A stretch of DNA of 64,000 nt. Source: Candidatus Sericytochromatia bacterium. Lineage in GTDB: Bacteria > Cyanobacteriota > Sericytochromatia > UBA7694. The position numbers and the translations under genes are program-made. Shown one piece after another: positions 36,029-46,392 of this stretch. The stretch is from contig JBFWRL010000003.1 of the NCBI GenBank assembly GCA_050248915.1, forward strand, positions 54,839-118,838, written 5' to 3'. The notes under the pieces were generated by a model that saw only the letters and a list, made by a program, of their open reading frames with translations, was not told the DNA's origin and made no database searches. The number at the start of each line of letters is the position of its first letter. Position 1 is the stretch's first letter.

Positions 36029-37449
36029 GTTGCTTTGGCCAGAGGAAGAATGACGCGAAAACAAGAGCCTTGTTTGACCTGACTCTCCACTTCAATTTGG
36101 CCACCGTGCCAGGTTAAGACATCTTTGACAATGGGCAAACCCAGACCTGTTCCTCCTTGGCTGCGGTTGCGATCAGATTCCAGGCGATAAAAGCGTTCAA
36201 AAATAAAAGGCAGGTTTTCAGCCGGTATGCCTTGGCCTTGGTCTCTGACTTCGACCAGGGCCTGCCCCTGTCTGAGGGAGATCTGGATGTTAATCGGCAT
36301 GTCTGCCGGGGTAAAGCGCAGGGCATTGTCGACCAGGTTGATCATCACCCGCTGCAGTGAACTTTTTTCTCCCAAAATCCAAATCGCTTTTGAGAAAGGG
36401 GCAAAGGTTAAATTGGGGTGTAATAATTGCCGTGATTCAAATACGTCTTGTAACAATTGATTCAATTCCAAAAGCTGGGTTTCGGGGGCCGTTTGCAGGG
36501 TGCGGGCCAATAAAAGCAGGTCTTCGACCAAAAACGCCAGCCGTTCAGATTCTTGGCGGATAATGCTCAGCCCTTCGGCCATTAATTCGGGATGGGAACT
36601 GCCCCGCTTTTGCAAGAGTTCGGCATGGCCTTGAATCGCCGTCAGGGGTGAGCGCAATTCGTGTGAGGCGTCGGCAATAAACCGCTGTTGTTTTTCGAGT
36701 AATTGCCCAATTTGGTTGAGCAAGGCGTTAAACGATTGGGCCAATTTGCCAATTTGATCGGTGGGCATTTTATCTGTTTGCAATTTGCCCAAGGTGCCCG
36801 TGACCACCATTTTTTCTACTTCATCACTGAGGCTTTCTAGGGGTTTGAGCACCTGGCGCGAAAAAAAAGTGGCCATAAACAGCGATGCAAATAATGTCAG
36901 ACTTAAACCCACCAACCAAAAGACAAAGAGTTTATTGAGAAAATAGCTGTTCTCAAGCAGCGAAACCGCCACTTTTAGCTCCCCAATATCTTTTTGATTG
37001 ATTTTTAAGCGGGCCGACTTGAGTAAAACGGGGATTTTTTTTTGCGGGCTTAAAACCAGATCGGTGATCATCTGCGCCGAAGTCACAGAGGGCAGGGTTG
37101 AGCCCTTTAAATTACTGGAGGCAATCACCAATTCCCGTTGGGGATCGCGAATCTCAAAAAAGAAACCACTTTCGATCTCCAGGCCCTCTTTGCTGATCAA
37201 ATAAGCGGTTAGATTGTCCAGCAGTTTTTTGAGCTTGGCCGGTTCATGTAAGTCGACGGCCAAAGTTGGGTTTTCTCGGTAGAGGTAATCCATAAAATTT
37301 TGCACGCGGTAGACCACTTCATTGCCTTCGCGCTCGGCCAAATCGAAAAAATGCTGTCGCATGGCCAGGCCAATCAAGAGACTGGGAATCACCAAGATCA
37401 GGACTGCCAAGAGATTAAAAAAGAGCAGCAGCCGCTTGCGCAGGGTCAT
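36025..37449 (-). CDS. HAMP domain-containing sensor histidine kinase
   Basis: Two TM segments. H-box ADASHELRSPLTAI, N-box NLVDNALRF, and G-boxes DQGQGI / GGTGLGLPIV. Confidence 0.9.
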   Translation of the reverse strand: MTLRKRLLLFFNLLAVLILVIPSLLIGLAMRQHFFDLAEREGNEVVYRVQNFMDYLYRENPTLAVDLHEPAKLKKLLDNLTAYLISKEGLEIESGFFFEIRDPQRELVIASSNLKGSTLPSVTSAQMITDLVLSPQKKIPVLLKSARLKINQKDIGELKVAVSLLENSYFLNKLFVFWLVGLSLTLFASLFMATFFSRQVLKPLESLSDEVEKMVVTGTLGKLQTDKMPTDQIGKLAQSFNALLNQIGQLLEKQQRFIADASHELRSPLTAIQGHAELLQKRGSSHPELMAEGLSIIRQESERLAFLVEDLLLLARTLQTAPETQLLELNQLLQDVFESRQLLHPNLTFAPFSKAIWILGEKSSLQRVMINLVDNALRFTPADMPINIQISLRQGQALVEVRDQGQGIPAENLPFIFERFYRLESDRNRSQGGTGLGLPIVKDVLTWHGGQIEVESQVKQGSCFRVILPLAKAT

Positions 37450-38132
37450 GTCGGCTCTTTGAGCATATAGCCAATGCTGCGCACGGTTTGAATCAGACGC
37501 GGCTGCCCCGATTGCTCCATTTTCTCCCTCAGGGCATGGATATACACATCCAAAACACTGTCTTGGACCCCGTTTCCCCAGCCCCAGACAGCGCTCAAAA
37601 TCTGTGAACGGCTCAGGGCCTTGCGGGGATTTTGGAGAAAGTACTGCAATAACTCAAACTCGCGCGGAGAGAGATGTAAAGCCTGATCTGAGACAAAGAC
37701 CTCGCGGCTGATCAGCGACATGCGCAGGTATTCAAAACACAATTCATCACTTGGTTTGTGCTGTTTTAAACGCAATTGCAAGCGAATGCGGGCCAACAAC
37801 TCTTCGAGGTGAAACGGTTTGGTGAGATAGTCATTGGCCCCAGAATCCAACCCTTCTACCCGCTCTTTGACCTCTGTCCGGGCCGTGAGCATGATGATCG
37901 GAATCTGGGAATCTTTGCGCAAACGGCGACAGATTTCCAGGCCATCCATCCCCGGCAACATGCGATCGAGAATGATCAAATCAAAACGCTGTTCTCGGGC
38001 CAATGAGAGGCCATCCATGCCATTGTCGGCACTCTGAACCTCGTAGCCTTCACATTTTAATTCCAGCTCCACAAAGCGCCGAATTTGTGCCTCATCTTCG
38101 ATCAGAAGAAGTTTGGCCTGGGGGTCCGCCAT
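37446..38132 (-). CDS. OmpR-family response regulator transcription factor
   Basis: Receiver domain (LLIEDE, DLIILDRMLPGMDG, MLTA, K in YLTKPF) plus a winged-helix C-terminus (IQTVRSIGYML). ATGA overlap with the kinase gene. Confidence 0.9.
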   Translation of the reverse strand: MADPQAKLLLIEDEAQIRRFVELELKCEGYEVQSADNGMDGLSLAREQRFDLIILDRMLPGMDGLEICRRLRKDSQIPIIMLTARTEVKERVEGLDSGANDYLTKPFHLEELLARIRLQLRLKQHKPSDELCFEYLRMSLISREVFVSDQALHLSPREFELLQYFLQNPRKALSRSQILSAVWGWGNGVQDSVLDVYIHALREKMEQSGQPRLIQTVRSIGYMLKEPT

Positions 38133-38767
38133 CAGGTATTAAAAGCCCTGTCCCCTGCATCTCCCAAACCTGGCAAAATATAGCCAATTTCGTTGAGTCC
38201 CTGGTCGACGGAGGTGGTGTGGATCTGGATATCGGGATGGGCTTCGGCCAAACGTTCGATGCCCTCAGGAGCTGCAATCAAACAGCAAAAGTGAATTTGA
38301 GCTACTTTGCGGCGCTTGAGAATATCCACGGCAGCAATGGCCGATCCCCCTGTGGCCAACATTGGATCGAGAATAAAGGCGATGGTGTCTGCCGCCAGTT
38401 CTTCGGGGATTTTGACGTAGTATTCAACCGGCAAAAGGGTCTCTTCGTTACGGTAGAGGCCAATATGACGCACCTGGGCAAAGGGAAAGACCTCAAAAGC
38501 GCCATCGATCATACACAGGCCCGCGCGCAAAATCGGGGCAATGACAATATGTCCACATTTGATGCGTACACCCTGGCCCGTGCCCATCGGGGTTTGAACT
38601 TCTTGGGGTGACAATTCCAGGCCACTGGAGGCCTCATACACAATATACCGGGCCAGATTTTTAATCATGGCCCGGAAAATGGGGGAAGGGGTGGATTTGT
38701 CCCTGAGCAGGGTGAGGTCCCGCTGAATCAGGGGATGGTTATAGACGTGTAGGTTTTCTGGGAACAT
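38132..38767 (-). CDS. upp: uracil phosphoribosyltransferase
   Basis: N-terminal HPLIQRDLTLLRDKST and PRPP-binding loop ILDPMLATGGSA. Typical length of 211 aa. Confidence 0.92.
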   Translation of the reverse strand: MFPENLHVYNHPLIQRDLTLLRDKSTPSPIFRAMIKNLARYIVYEASSGLELSPQEVQTPMGTGQGVRIKCGHIVIAPILRAGLCMIDGAFEVFPFAQVRHIGLYRNEETLLPVEYYVKIPEELAADTIAFILDPMLATGGSAIAAVDILKRRKVAQIHFCCLIAAPEGIERLAEAHPDIQIHTTSVDQGLNEIGYILPGLGDAGDRAFNT

Positions 38768-38854
38768 GAATTTTACCTGATTTAACTGAAAATTTCATAC
38801 CCATTTTGACACAGTTGAACCTGACTCAACAAGCCAAAGACCATCAAGCCCGCA

Positions 38855-39502
38855 TTAAGCCTGTTTTTTCTTGTTGATTTTGGCCAGGTAAGCTTTGACC
38901 GTGTTCAGCTTCACACCCATTTTTTCGGCCATGGCCTCCAGGGGCAGGCCCTGAGCCTGAAAGGTTGCGACTTCTTGTTCGCGGGCAGTTAAGGCTGTTG
39001 CTGAATTTTTTGCCGCAGGTTTTGCAACAGCTTTGGCTGGTGTTTTGGCTGGCGTTTTGGCAGAGACACGGGGGCCAGCCTTGCGCCCCGGTTTGGGAGG
39101 AGCGAGAGTAAGAGATCCCCCTTTGCCAAGGTTTGCGGGGGGTACCAAATTTTGAACGGTGCGGGTCAATTCAGTGACGCCAGCATCTTTATTGAGCAGG
39201 GCCTGAAAGAGACCACTTGCACGCAGGGAATCAGCTTCTGCCTGGTGATGGGTTAAAACCAACCAGGCAGCCTGGCTTTGGCCCTGCAATTGGGGCAATT
39301 CGGTGAGATTGAGCAAAGATTGGTCAACCACCACCACATCGGTGGCGTGGCTTTGCAGATGCTGGGCCAATTCTGACCAAGAGCCCAGCAATTCAGTCAC
39401 ATGAATGCCTTCGGTGGTACGTAAACAGGCTTTGAGAGCCGAACGCATGATCGGTTGAGGGTCTGCAACACAGACCCGTATGGGTTTAAGTAGGGTTTGC
39501 AT
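38855..39502 (-). CDS. LuxR-family response regulator with Ala/Lys/Pro-rich linker
   Basis: Receiver-like N-terminus (IRVCVADPQ, DVVVVDQSL). Linker SAKTPAKTPAKAVAKPAAK. C-terminal LuxR HTH (LTAREQEVATFQAQGLPLEAMAEKMGVKLNTVKAYL). Confidence 0.75.
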   Translation of the reverse strand: MQTLLKPIRVCVADPQPIMRSALKACLRTTEGIHVTELLGSWSELAQHLQSHATDVVVVDQSLLNLTELPQLQGQSQAAWLVLTHHQAEADSLRASGLFQALLNKDAGVTELTRTVQNLVPPANLGKGGSLTLAPPKPGRKAGPRVSAKTPAKTPAKAVAKPAAKNSATALTAREQEVATFQAQGLPLEAMAEKMGVKLNTVKAYLAKINKKKQA

Positions 39503-39554
39503 AGAGGTATTTTAGCGGGACTGACTCAGACTGGGAAGCTGAAAAAAGTCCAAC

Positions 39555-40022
39555 TTACATCTGTTCCAGCTTTTTCACCGTAAAATAACAATTCAGTTTT
39601 TCTTTGCTGGTGGGGTCATGCCAGGCCCGGGCGCGGGCAGTAATGGTAACAGGTTTGGAAAAATTGATCAACGCACCCGCATGGTCATGAATTTTAAGAT
39701 CACTGGGTTTATAGCCCCTTTCAATTTTTTCCACTGAATTGGCCCCATTGCCAACCGCGATATCGACTTTCAGGGCATTTTTGTCGCCGATTTTAGCCAA
39801 AAGCTGAAAGCCACATTCCACAGTGCTGTTGTCACGGGTATTGGAGCAGAATAAGCTGCCCCCATCGGTGAGATATCCCGAAGTTTGAATCAACTTTTGG
39901 TCGTTGGCTTCACTGCAGGCCTGAGCGTATTCAACCGGGGTCGGCTTTTCACAGCTCACCAAGGTTACAAACACAGCAGCAAAGAGGGCCAAGGTGATCA
40001 GACGGGGAGTTTGAACAGGCAT
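39555..40022 (-). CDS. lipoprotein, function unknown
   Basis: Lipobox FVTLVSCEK. 155-aa beta-rich protein. Confidence 0.6.
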   Translation of the reverse strand: MPVQTPRLITLALFAAVFVTLVSCEKPTPVEYAQACSEANDQKLIQTSGYLTDGGSLFCSNTRDNSTVECGFQLLAKIGDKNALKVDIAVGNGANSVEKIERGYKPSDLKIHDHAGALINFSKPVTITARARAWHDPTSKEKLNCYFTVKKLEQM

Positions 40023-40157
40023 AACAGATATCCTTTTATTTCTTCAGGTTGGCTGAATTTTACCTAGTATTGCGCTGGGTTCCTATGGCCGGGCTCACAT
40101 CTGTGGTGTGTTCTGTGTTACTGTCAGGTATTGATATGTCTTCGCTGACCATATTTG

Positions 40158-40166
40158 TGTTACAAT
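40158..40166 (+). promoter_or_regulatory. candidate extended -10 promoter element for tRNA-Gly
   Basis: TGtTACAAT lies 66 nt upstream of the mature tRNA 5' end. No convincing -35 element. Confidence 0.25.
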
Positions 40167-40231
40167 GTCTTGGTATTTTTAGCTCAGATGCGCTTAAAGT
40201 TGATCGGCAAGCGTAAAGCAATCACCGACAT

Positions 40232-40304
<73 letters not shown>

Positions 40305-40310
40305 TCTTTA

Positions 40311-40347
40311 AAAACAAAACCCAGCCTTTTTGGTTGGGTTTTGTTTT
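40311..40347 (+). terminator. rho-independent terminator after tRNA-Gly
   Basis: aaaacaaaacccagcc / ggttgggttttgtttt forms a 16-bp stem (one G-U) with a TTTTT loop and a T-rich 3' arm. A/T symmetry suggests it could act bidirectionally. Confidence 0.75.
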
Positions 40348-40380
40348 AGACCGACCCAAACAAGAACCTTCAATGAGTGA

Positions 40381-42355
<1,975 letters not shown>

Positions 42356-42448
42356 ATCATTGGATAGACGGGACAGACAAAAAAAATGGGCTGAAATAGA
42401 TTCCCTTCCTGCGATCTGCAATGACAAGACCCGTTATGTCCAGGCCGG

Positions 42449-43516
42449 TTATTGGGTTGGCGAAGATTGAAACGTTGAACTGCTTTCCAGTTTTGGCCTA
42501 TCCATCAAACTGGCGAGCCAAAAGGCCTGCAGGTCCTTTTCAAAAACCTCTGGCTGGCCATTCCAAATGGCAGAGTGTTCACCATAGGGGTAGCGCTTGT
42601 AGCGCCGGGGCGTCTGGGTGGGGATTTGGCGAAAGACCTTCTCCACCATCCAAACCGGCACCATATAGTCTTTTTCGGAGACCATGACCAAGGCTGGAAT
42701 AGTGAGCTGCTGCACCCGCTTTGCGGGCGCACAGGCGGCATAATCCACACCCACCCGCAGGCCCGTGAGTCTCACAACCAGATCGGTGTGAAAGTCGGGA
42801 ATGCCCATTTTTTGGGCGTAGACCCCCACAATATCCCGCAGCGAAGACTGGGGGTTTTCGAGCACCACCCCGCGCACCTGGGAGCGAAAAGCTTGCAATG
42901 CCGGAGCCGCATTGGCCACGGTCATGGCCCCCATGGAGGTGCCATAGATCAAAACCGGGCGTCTGGGGTCTTGTTGCTGAAGAACCCTGAGCACCGCCAG
43001 CAAATCTTCAGCTTCGCGGCAGCCATAACTGGCCCCTTGGCCATTATCATCGGATTGGCCGTGGTTGCTCAGTTCCATGATAATTAACTCAAACCCCAAA
43101 CGCTGGGCAATGGGATAAAATTTGAGCCCTGTGACCGCATTGGCGGCAATGCCATGCACAAAGAGCAGAATCGGCGCTTTGGCCTCTTTTTTTGCTGTGG
43201 GATACCGCAAAAAGTGAATTTTTTGGCCCCGCTGATTGCTGGCAAAATAACTTTGGGCCGGGTATTTTAAAGCCTCCTGACAGCTGTCTTCAAGCGGTTG
43301 AAAGGGGTCTTTGGATTGGGGGCGCAAATCGCCAAAGATAAACTTCTTGCGCCAGCGCAGGCATTGACTGGATTTGAGCTTGTTCCACGAGGCCGGGGTC
43401 TCGCGGAAATAGGTCACCGCTTCGACGTGTACTTTGAGCAAATACAAATAGCCCAAAGAGAGGGCAAAGGCCGGCAGGAACAGCCAGATGGGACGAAATT
43501 TGCGTGTGAATGGCAT
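42449..43516 (-). CDS. alpha/beta hydrolase, membrane-anchored
   Basis: N-terminal TM helix, HGIAAN oxyanion region, nucleophile elbow YGTSMGAM, C-terminal GEHS histidine. Confidence 0.75.
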   Translation of the reverse strand: MPFTRKFRPIWLFLPAFALSLGYLYLLKVHVEAVTYFRETPASWNKLKSSQCLRWRKKFIFGDLRPQSKDPFQPLEDSCQEALKYPAQSYFASNQRGQKIHFLRYPTAKKEAKAPILLFVHGIAANAVTGLKFYPIAQRLGFELIIMELSNHGQSDDNGQGASYGCREAEDLLAVLRVLQQQDPRRPVLIYGTSMGAMTVANAAPALQAFRSQVRGVVLENPQSSLRDIVGVYAQKMGIPDFHTDLVVRLTGLRVGVDYAACAPAKRVQQLTIPALVMVSEKDYMVPVWMVEKVFRQIPTQTPRRYKRYPYGEHSAIWNGQPEVFEKDLQAFWLASLMDRPKLESSSTFQSSPTQ

Positions 43517-43640
43517 GTAAAGATTATACCTCGCTTTTCTGCCTAACCTTCTTACTCGCCCATAACCGAAAACCCAACCCCTAAACCCGAACCCTTCCCT
43601 TACTCCATGTTAAGATAAGAAAAAAAGACAGGGTATTTCT

Positions 43641-45347
43641 GTGAGTGTCATAACCCCACTTTCACTGGCTGAAGAACACCAGCAGGTCCGTTTATCGGGT
43701 GGTTGGGCCCAACTCGCTGATTGGCAAATGCTGCAAGTCAGTGGCCCTGAAGCGGCCAGCTATTTGCAAACCCAATTGACCAGCGATGTGCTGGCCTTAA
43801 ATCCCGGCCAAGCTCAGCGCAGTGCCTTGACCGATCGCAAAGGGCATTTACAGGCCGAATTTTGGCTCTACCGCACAGCGGATCAAGTTTTGATTCTGGC
43901 CGAAAAGCAACAAGCAGAAAGGCTTTTGGCCCATTTACAGGCCTTTCATTTTGTCGAAGATCTCAGCCTGGATGTCAGGACAGATCTTGAACTGTTTTTA
44001 TTGGCGGGCCCTGCCTCACGGGGGTGGCTGGCCCATTGGCAAAAAGAATTTTTGGCCCCTTTGGCTCAGGTTCAACCACTCGATCAGGGTGGATATCTGC
44101 TTCAGGCAGCCCTGACAGGGGATCTGGGCTACGTCTTGGCCTTGCCCCCAACCCAGGCCCAAAACCTGCAAAACAGGCTCCTTGACTCAGACACAGCGCA
44201 AAAACTGCTTCATATCCATCCCACCCTCTGGGACAGTTTGACCCTCGAAGCAGGTATTCCCCGTTTTGGCTCAGAACTGAGTACCGCCACACTTTTGCCC
44301 GAAACAGGGCTGGAGCATCAAGCGGTGAGTTATGACAAAGGCTGTTATCTCGGCCAAGAGGTGATTGCCCGCATCAAAACTTATGGGGTGATTCCCCGCG
44401 CTTTGATTGGCCTGATTTTGACTGAGCAGCCCCCTTTGCCCCTGTCCGGCAGCGACATATTTGTCGCGGGCAAAAAAGTGGGAACAATTACGCGCACGGG
44501 ATACGCACCGGGCCTAAAAAAACAGGTGGCCTTGGTCTACCTCCACAAACAATGGCGCATCCCTGGCCAAGAACTCAGTTGGGAATCAGAGGGGCACCGT
44601 TTTCAGGCCCAGGTTACACCGCTGCCATTTGTGCCTTTAAAATCTGCCGCTGACTGGGCCCGCAGCAGATTGGAAATGGGCCTGGAAGTCTTTGCTGGAC
44701 AACAGGAGAGCAGCGCACTGCCGTTGCTCGAAGAGGCCCTGTTGCTGGATCCCACTTTGTTGGATGCCTATGAATCGTATGGGGTGATACTCTCGCGCTT
44801 GGGGCGGCAGACAGAGGCCATTGCTGTGATGGAGCAAATGTTGCAAGTGGCCCCCGAAGCCCACATGGCCCACACCAACCTCTCCCGTTTTCACATGCTT
44901 TTGGGCGAACGGGAACAAGCCGAACAACACATGGGTGAAGCTACGCGGATGTCCATGGCTTTGCAAATCAAATCTCAAGCCTCCCAGCAAGCCCAAGCCC
45001 AGGCCTTGGCTCAACAGGCTGCGGCCCGCACAGAAATGATGGACATGTTTCGCGAGGTACTCACCCAAGAAGACCCCGACGATCTGGTCGCCAATTATGG
45101 CCTGGGCAAATCCCTGGTCGATCTGGAATCTTATGCCGAAGCCCTGCCCTACTTGCGCAAAGCCACCCAAATTGAGCCCCTGTATTCGGTGGCCTGGCTG
45201 CAATTGGGCAAGGCACTTGAAGGCCTTAAACAGCTCGAAGAAGCCCGTGACACCTACCGCCACGGGGTAGTGGCTGCCAGTCAAAAAGGCGATCTCATGC
45301 CCCTAAAAGAAATGGAGCAGCGCTTGGCTGTGTTGCCCCCTTTATGA
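43641..45347 (+). CDS. folate-binding YgfZ/GcvT-fold protein fused to C-terminal TPR repeats
   Basis: YgfZ signature KGCYLGQEVIARIKTYG at about aa 235. The C-terminal ~220 aa contain TPR-like helices (AYESYGVILSRLGRQTEAIAVMEQMLQVAPE, VAWLQLGKALEGLKQLEEARDTY). GTG start. Confidence 0.75.
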   Translation: MSVITPLSLAEEHQQVRLSGGWAQLADWQMLQVSGPEAASYLQTQLTSDVLALNPGQAQRSALTDRKGHLQAEFWLYRTADQVLILAEKQQAERLLAHLQAFHFVEDLSLDVRTDLELFLLAGPASRGWLAHWQKEFLAPLAQVQPLDQGGYLLQAALTGDLGYVLALPPTQAQNLQNRLLDSDTAQKLLHIHPTLWDSLTLEAGIPRFGSELSTATLLPETGLEHQAVSYDKGCYLGQEVIARIKTYGVIPRALIGLILTEQPPLPLSGSDIFVAGKKVGTITRTGYAPGLKKQVALVYLHKQWRIPGQELSWESEGHRFQAQVTPLPFVPLKSAADWARSRLEMGLEVFAGQQESSALPLLEEALLLDPTLLDAYESYGVILSRLGRQTEAIAVMEQMLQVAPEAHMAHTNLSRFHMLLGEREQAEQHMGEATRMSMALQIKSQASQQAQAQALAQQAAARTEMMDMFREVLTQEDPDDLVANYGLGKSLVDLESYAEALPYLRKATQIEPLYSVAWLQLGKALEGLKQLEEARDTYRHGVVAASQKGDLMPLKEMEQRLAVLPPL

Positions 45348-46390
45348 CAAAACCCAAGCGTTTGCAAAAACTCCTGGGACTCTTAACCACGGGTTTGACA
45401 TTGAGTCTGCCTTTTCGGGTTCAGGCGGGCGAATTGGGAAATGATCTGGCCACCCTGCGCAATAGTCTGCCCCCCCTGAGTTTACAGGGCAGTTTTTACT
45501 CACAGGCCTATTTGCGCTATTTGGCCTATTACCGGCTACCGGCTCAAAATGCCAGGCAGGCAGGTTATTTGCAGGTCCACAAAGGCAAGTTTAAAGAAAA
45601 GATCTTTGTTCAATACTTTCGCCCAGATCACCCTGAGCGCCCACGGGGCACCATCTTTTTGACCCATGGCTATTTTGTCCATGCCGGAATTCAACATTAT
45701 GCTGTTAAAGAATTTTTGGGCTTGGGTTACGCTGTGCTGACCATCGATTTGCCCGGCCATGGCCTGTCTACAGGCAAACAGGCAGATATCTCCCAATTCA
45801 GCGATTATACAGATACCTTTCAGGCTGTGACGGAATTTGCCCAAAACCAAGTGCCTCATCCGCTTTTGGCTGTGGGCCACAGCACTGGGGCAGCAGGCAT
45901 TTGGTCGTATCTCTTGCGCACCCCCGATCACCCCTTTCAGGCGGTGGTCTTGGCTGCGCCTTTGGTGCGCTCACACCTCTGGGAACTCTCATTGGCAGGT
46001 TTTACGGTCGGGCAGGCCTTTTTGACTGAGCTTCCCCGGATTGTACGCAGCACCACCTCAGATCCCGACTTTATGGACTTTGTGCAACGAGATCCCCTGC
46101 AATACTTCAATACCCCCGTCAATTGGGTTCGGGCCCTGATCACTTGGAATGAGCAAGTGGTGGAAAGTTTTCCCCCATCTCAATTGCCCACCTTGATTGT
46201 GCAGGGCGACCGCGATGAAGTAGTGGATTGGAAATTCAATCTGCCCTTTCTCAAACGCAAATTTCCCAAAGCCCAGATTCAAATGGTGAATGGGGCCAGC
46301 CATGACCTTTTTTGGGAAAACGCCCAATTGCGCCAAGACATTTTTGCCCGGATCCGCACCTTTGTGCAGTCTTTGCCCCCAGAAAAGTAG
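45344..46390 (+). CDS. alpha/beta hydrolase (lysophospholipase/monoglyceride lipase-like), secreted
   Basis: Signal peptide, HGYFVHAG, nucleophile elbow GHSTGAA, GASHDLF histidine. ATGA overlap with the upstream stop. Confidence 0.8.
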   Translation: MTKPKRLQKLLGLLTTGLTLSLPFRVQAGELGNDLATLRNSLPPLSLQGSFYSQAYLRYLAYYRLPAQNARQAGYLQVHKGKFKEKIFVQYFRPDHPERPRGTIFLTHGYFVHAGIQHYAVKEFLGLGYAVLTIDLPGHGLSTGKQADISQFSDYTDTFQAVTEFAQNQVPHPLLAVGHSTGAAGIWSYLLRTPDHPFQAVVLAAPLVRSHLWELSLAGFTVGQAFLTELPRIVRSTTSDPDFMDFVQRDPLQYFNTPVNWVRALITWNEQVVESFPPSQLPTLIVQGDRDEVVDWKFNLPFLKRKFPKAQIQMVNGASHDLFWENAQLRQDIFARIRTFVQSLPPEK

Positions 46391-46392
46391 CC

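Noticed and set aside
44637-45284. 215-aa ORF antisense to the TPR tail of the YgfZ fusion
   Set aside because: Gly/His/Gln-rich low-complexity translation opposite a coding repeat region, with no start context.
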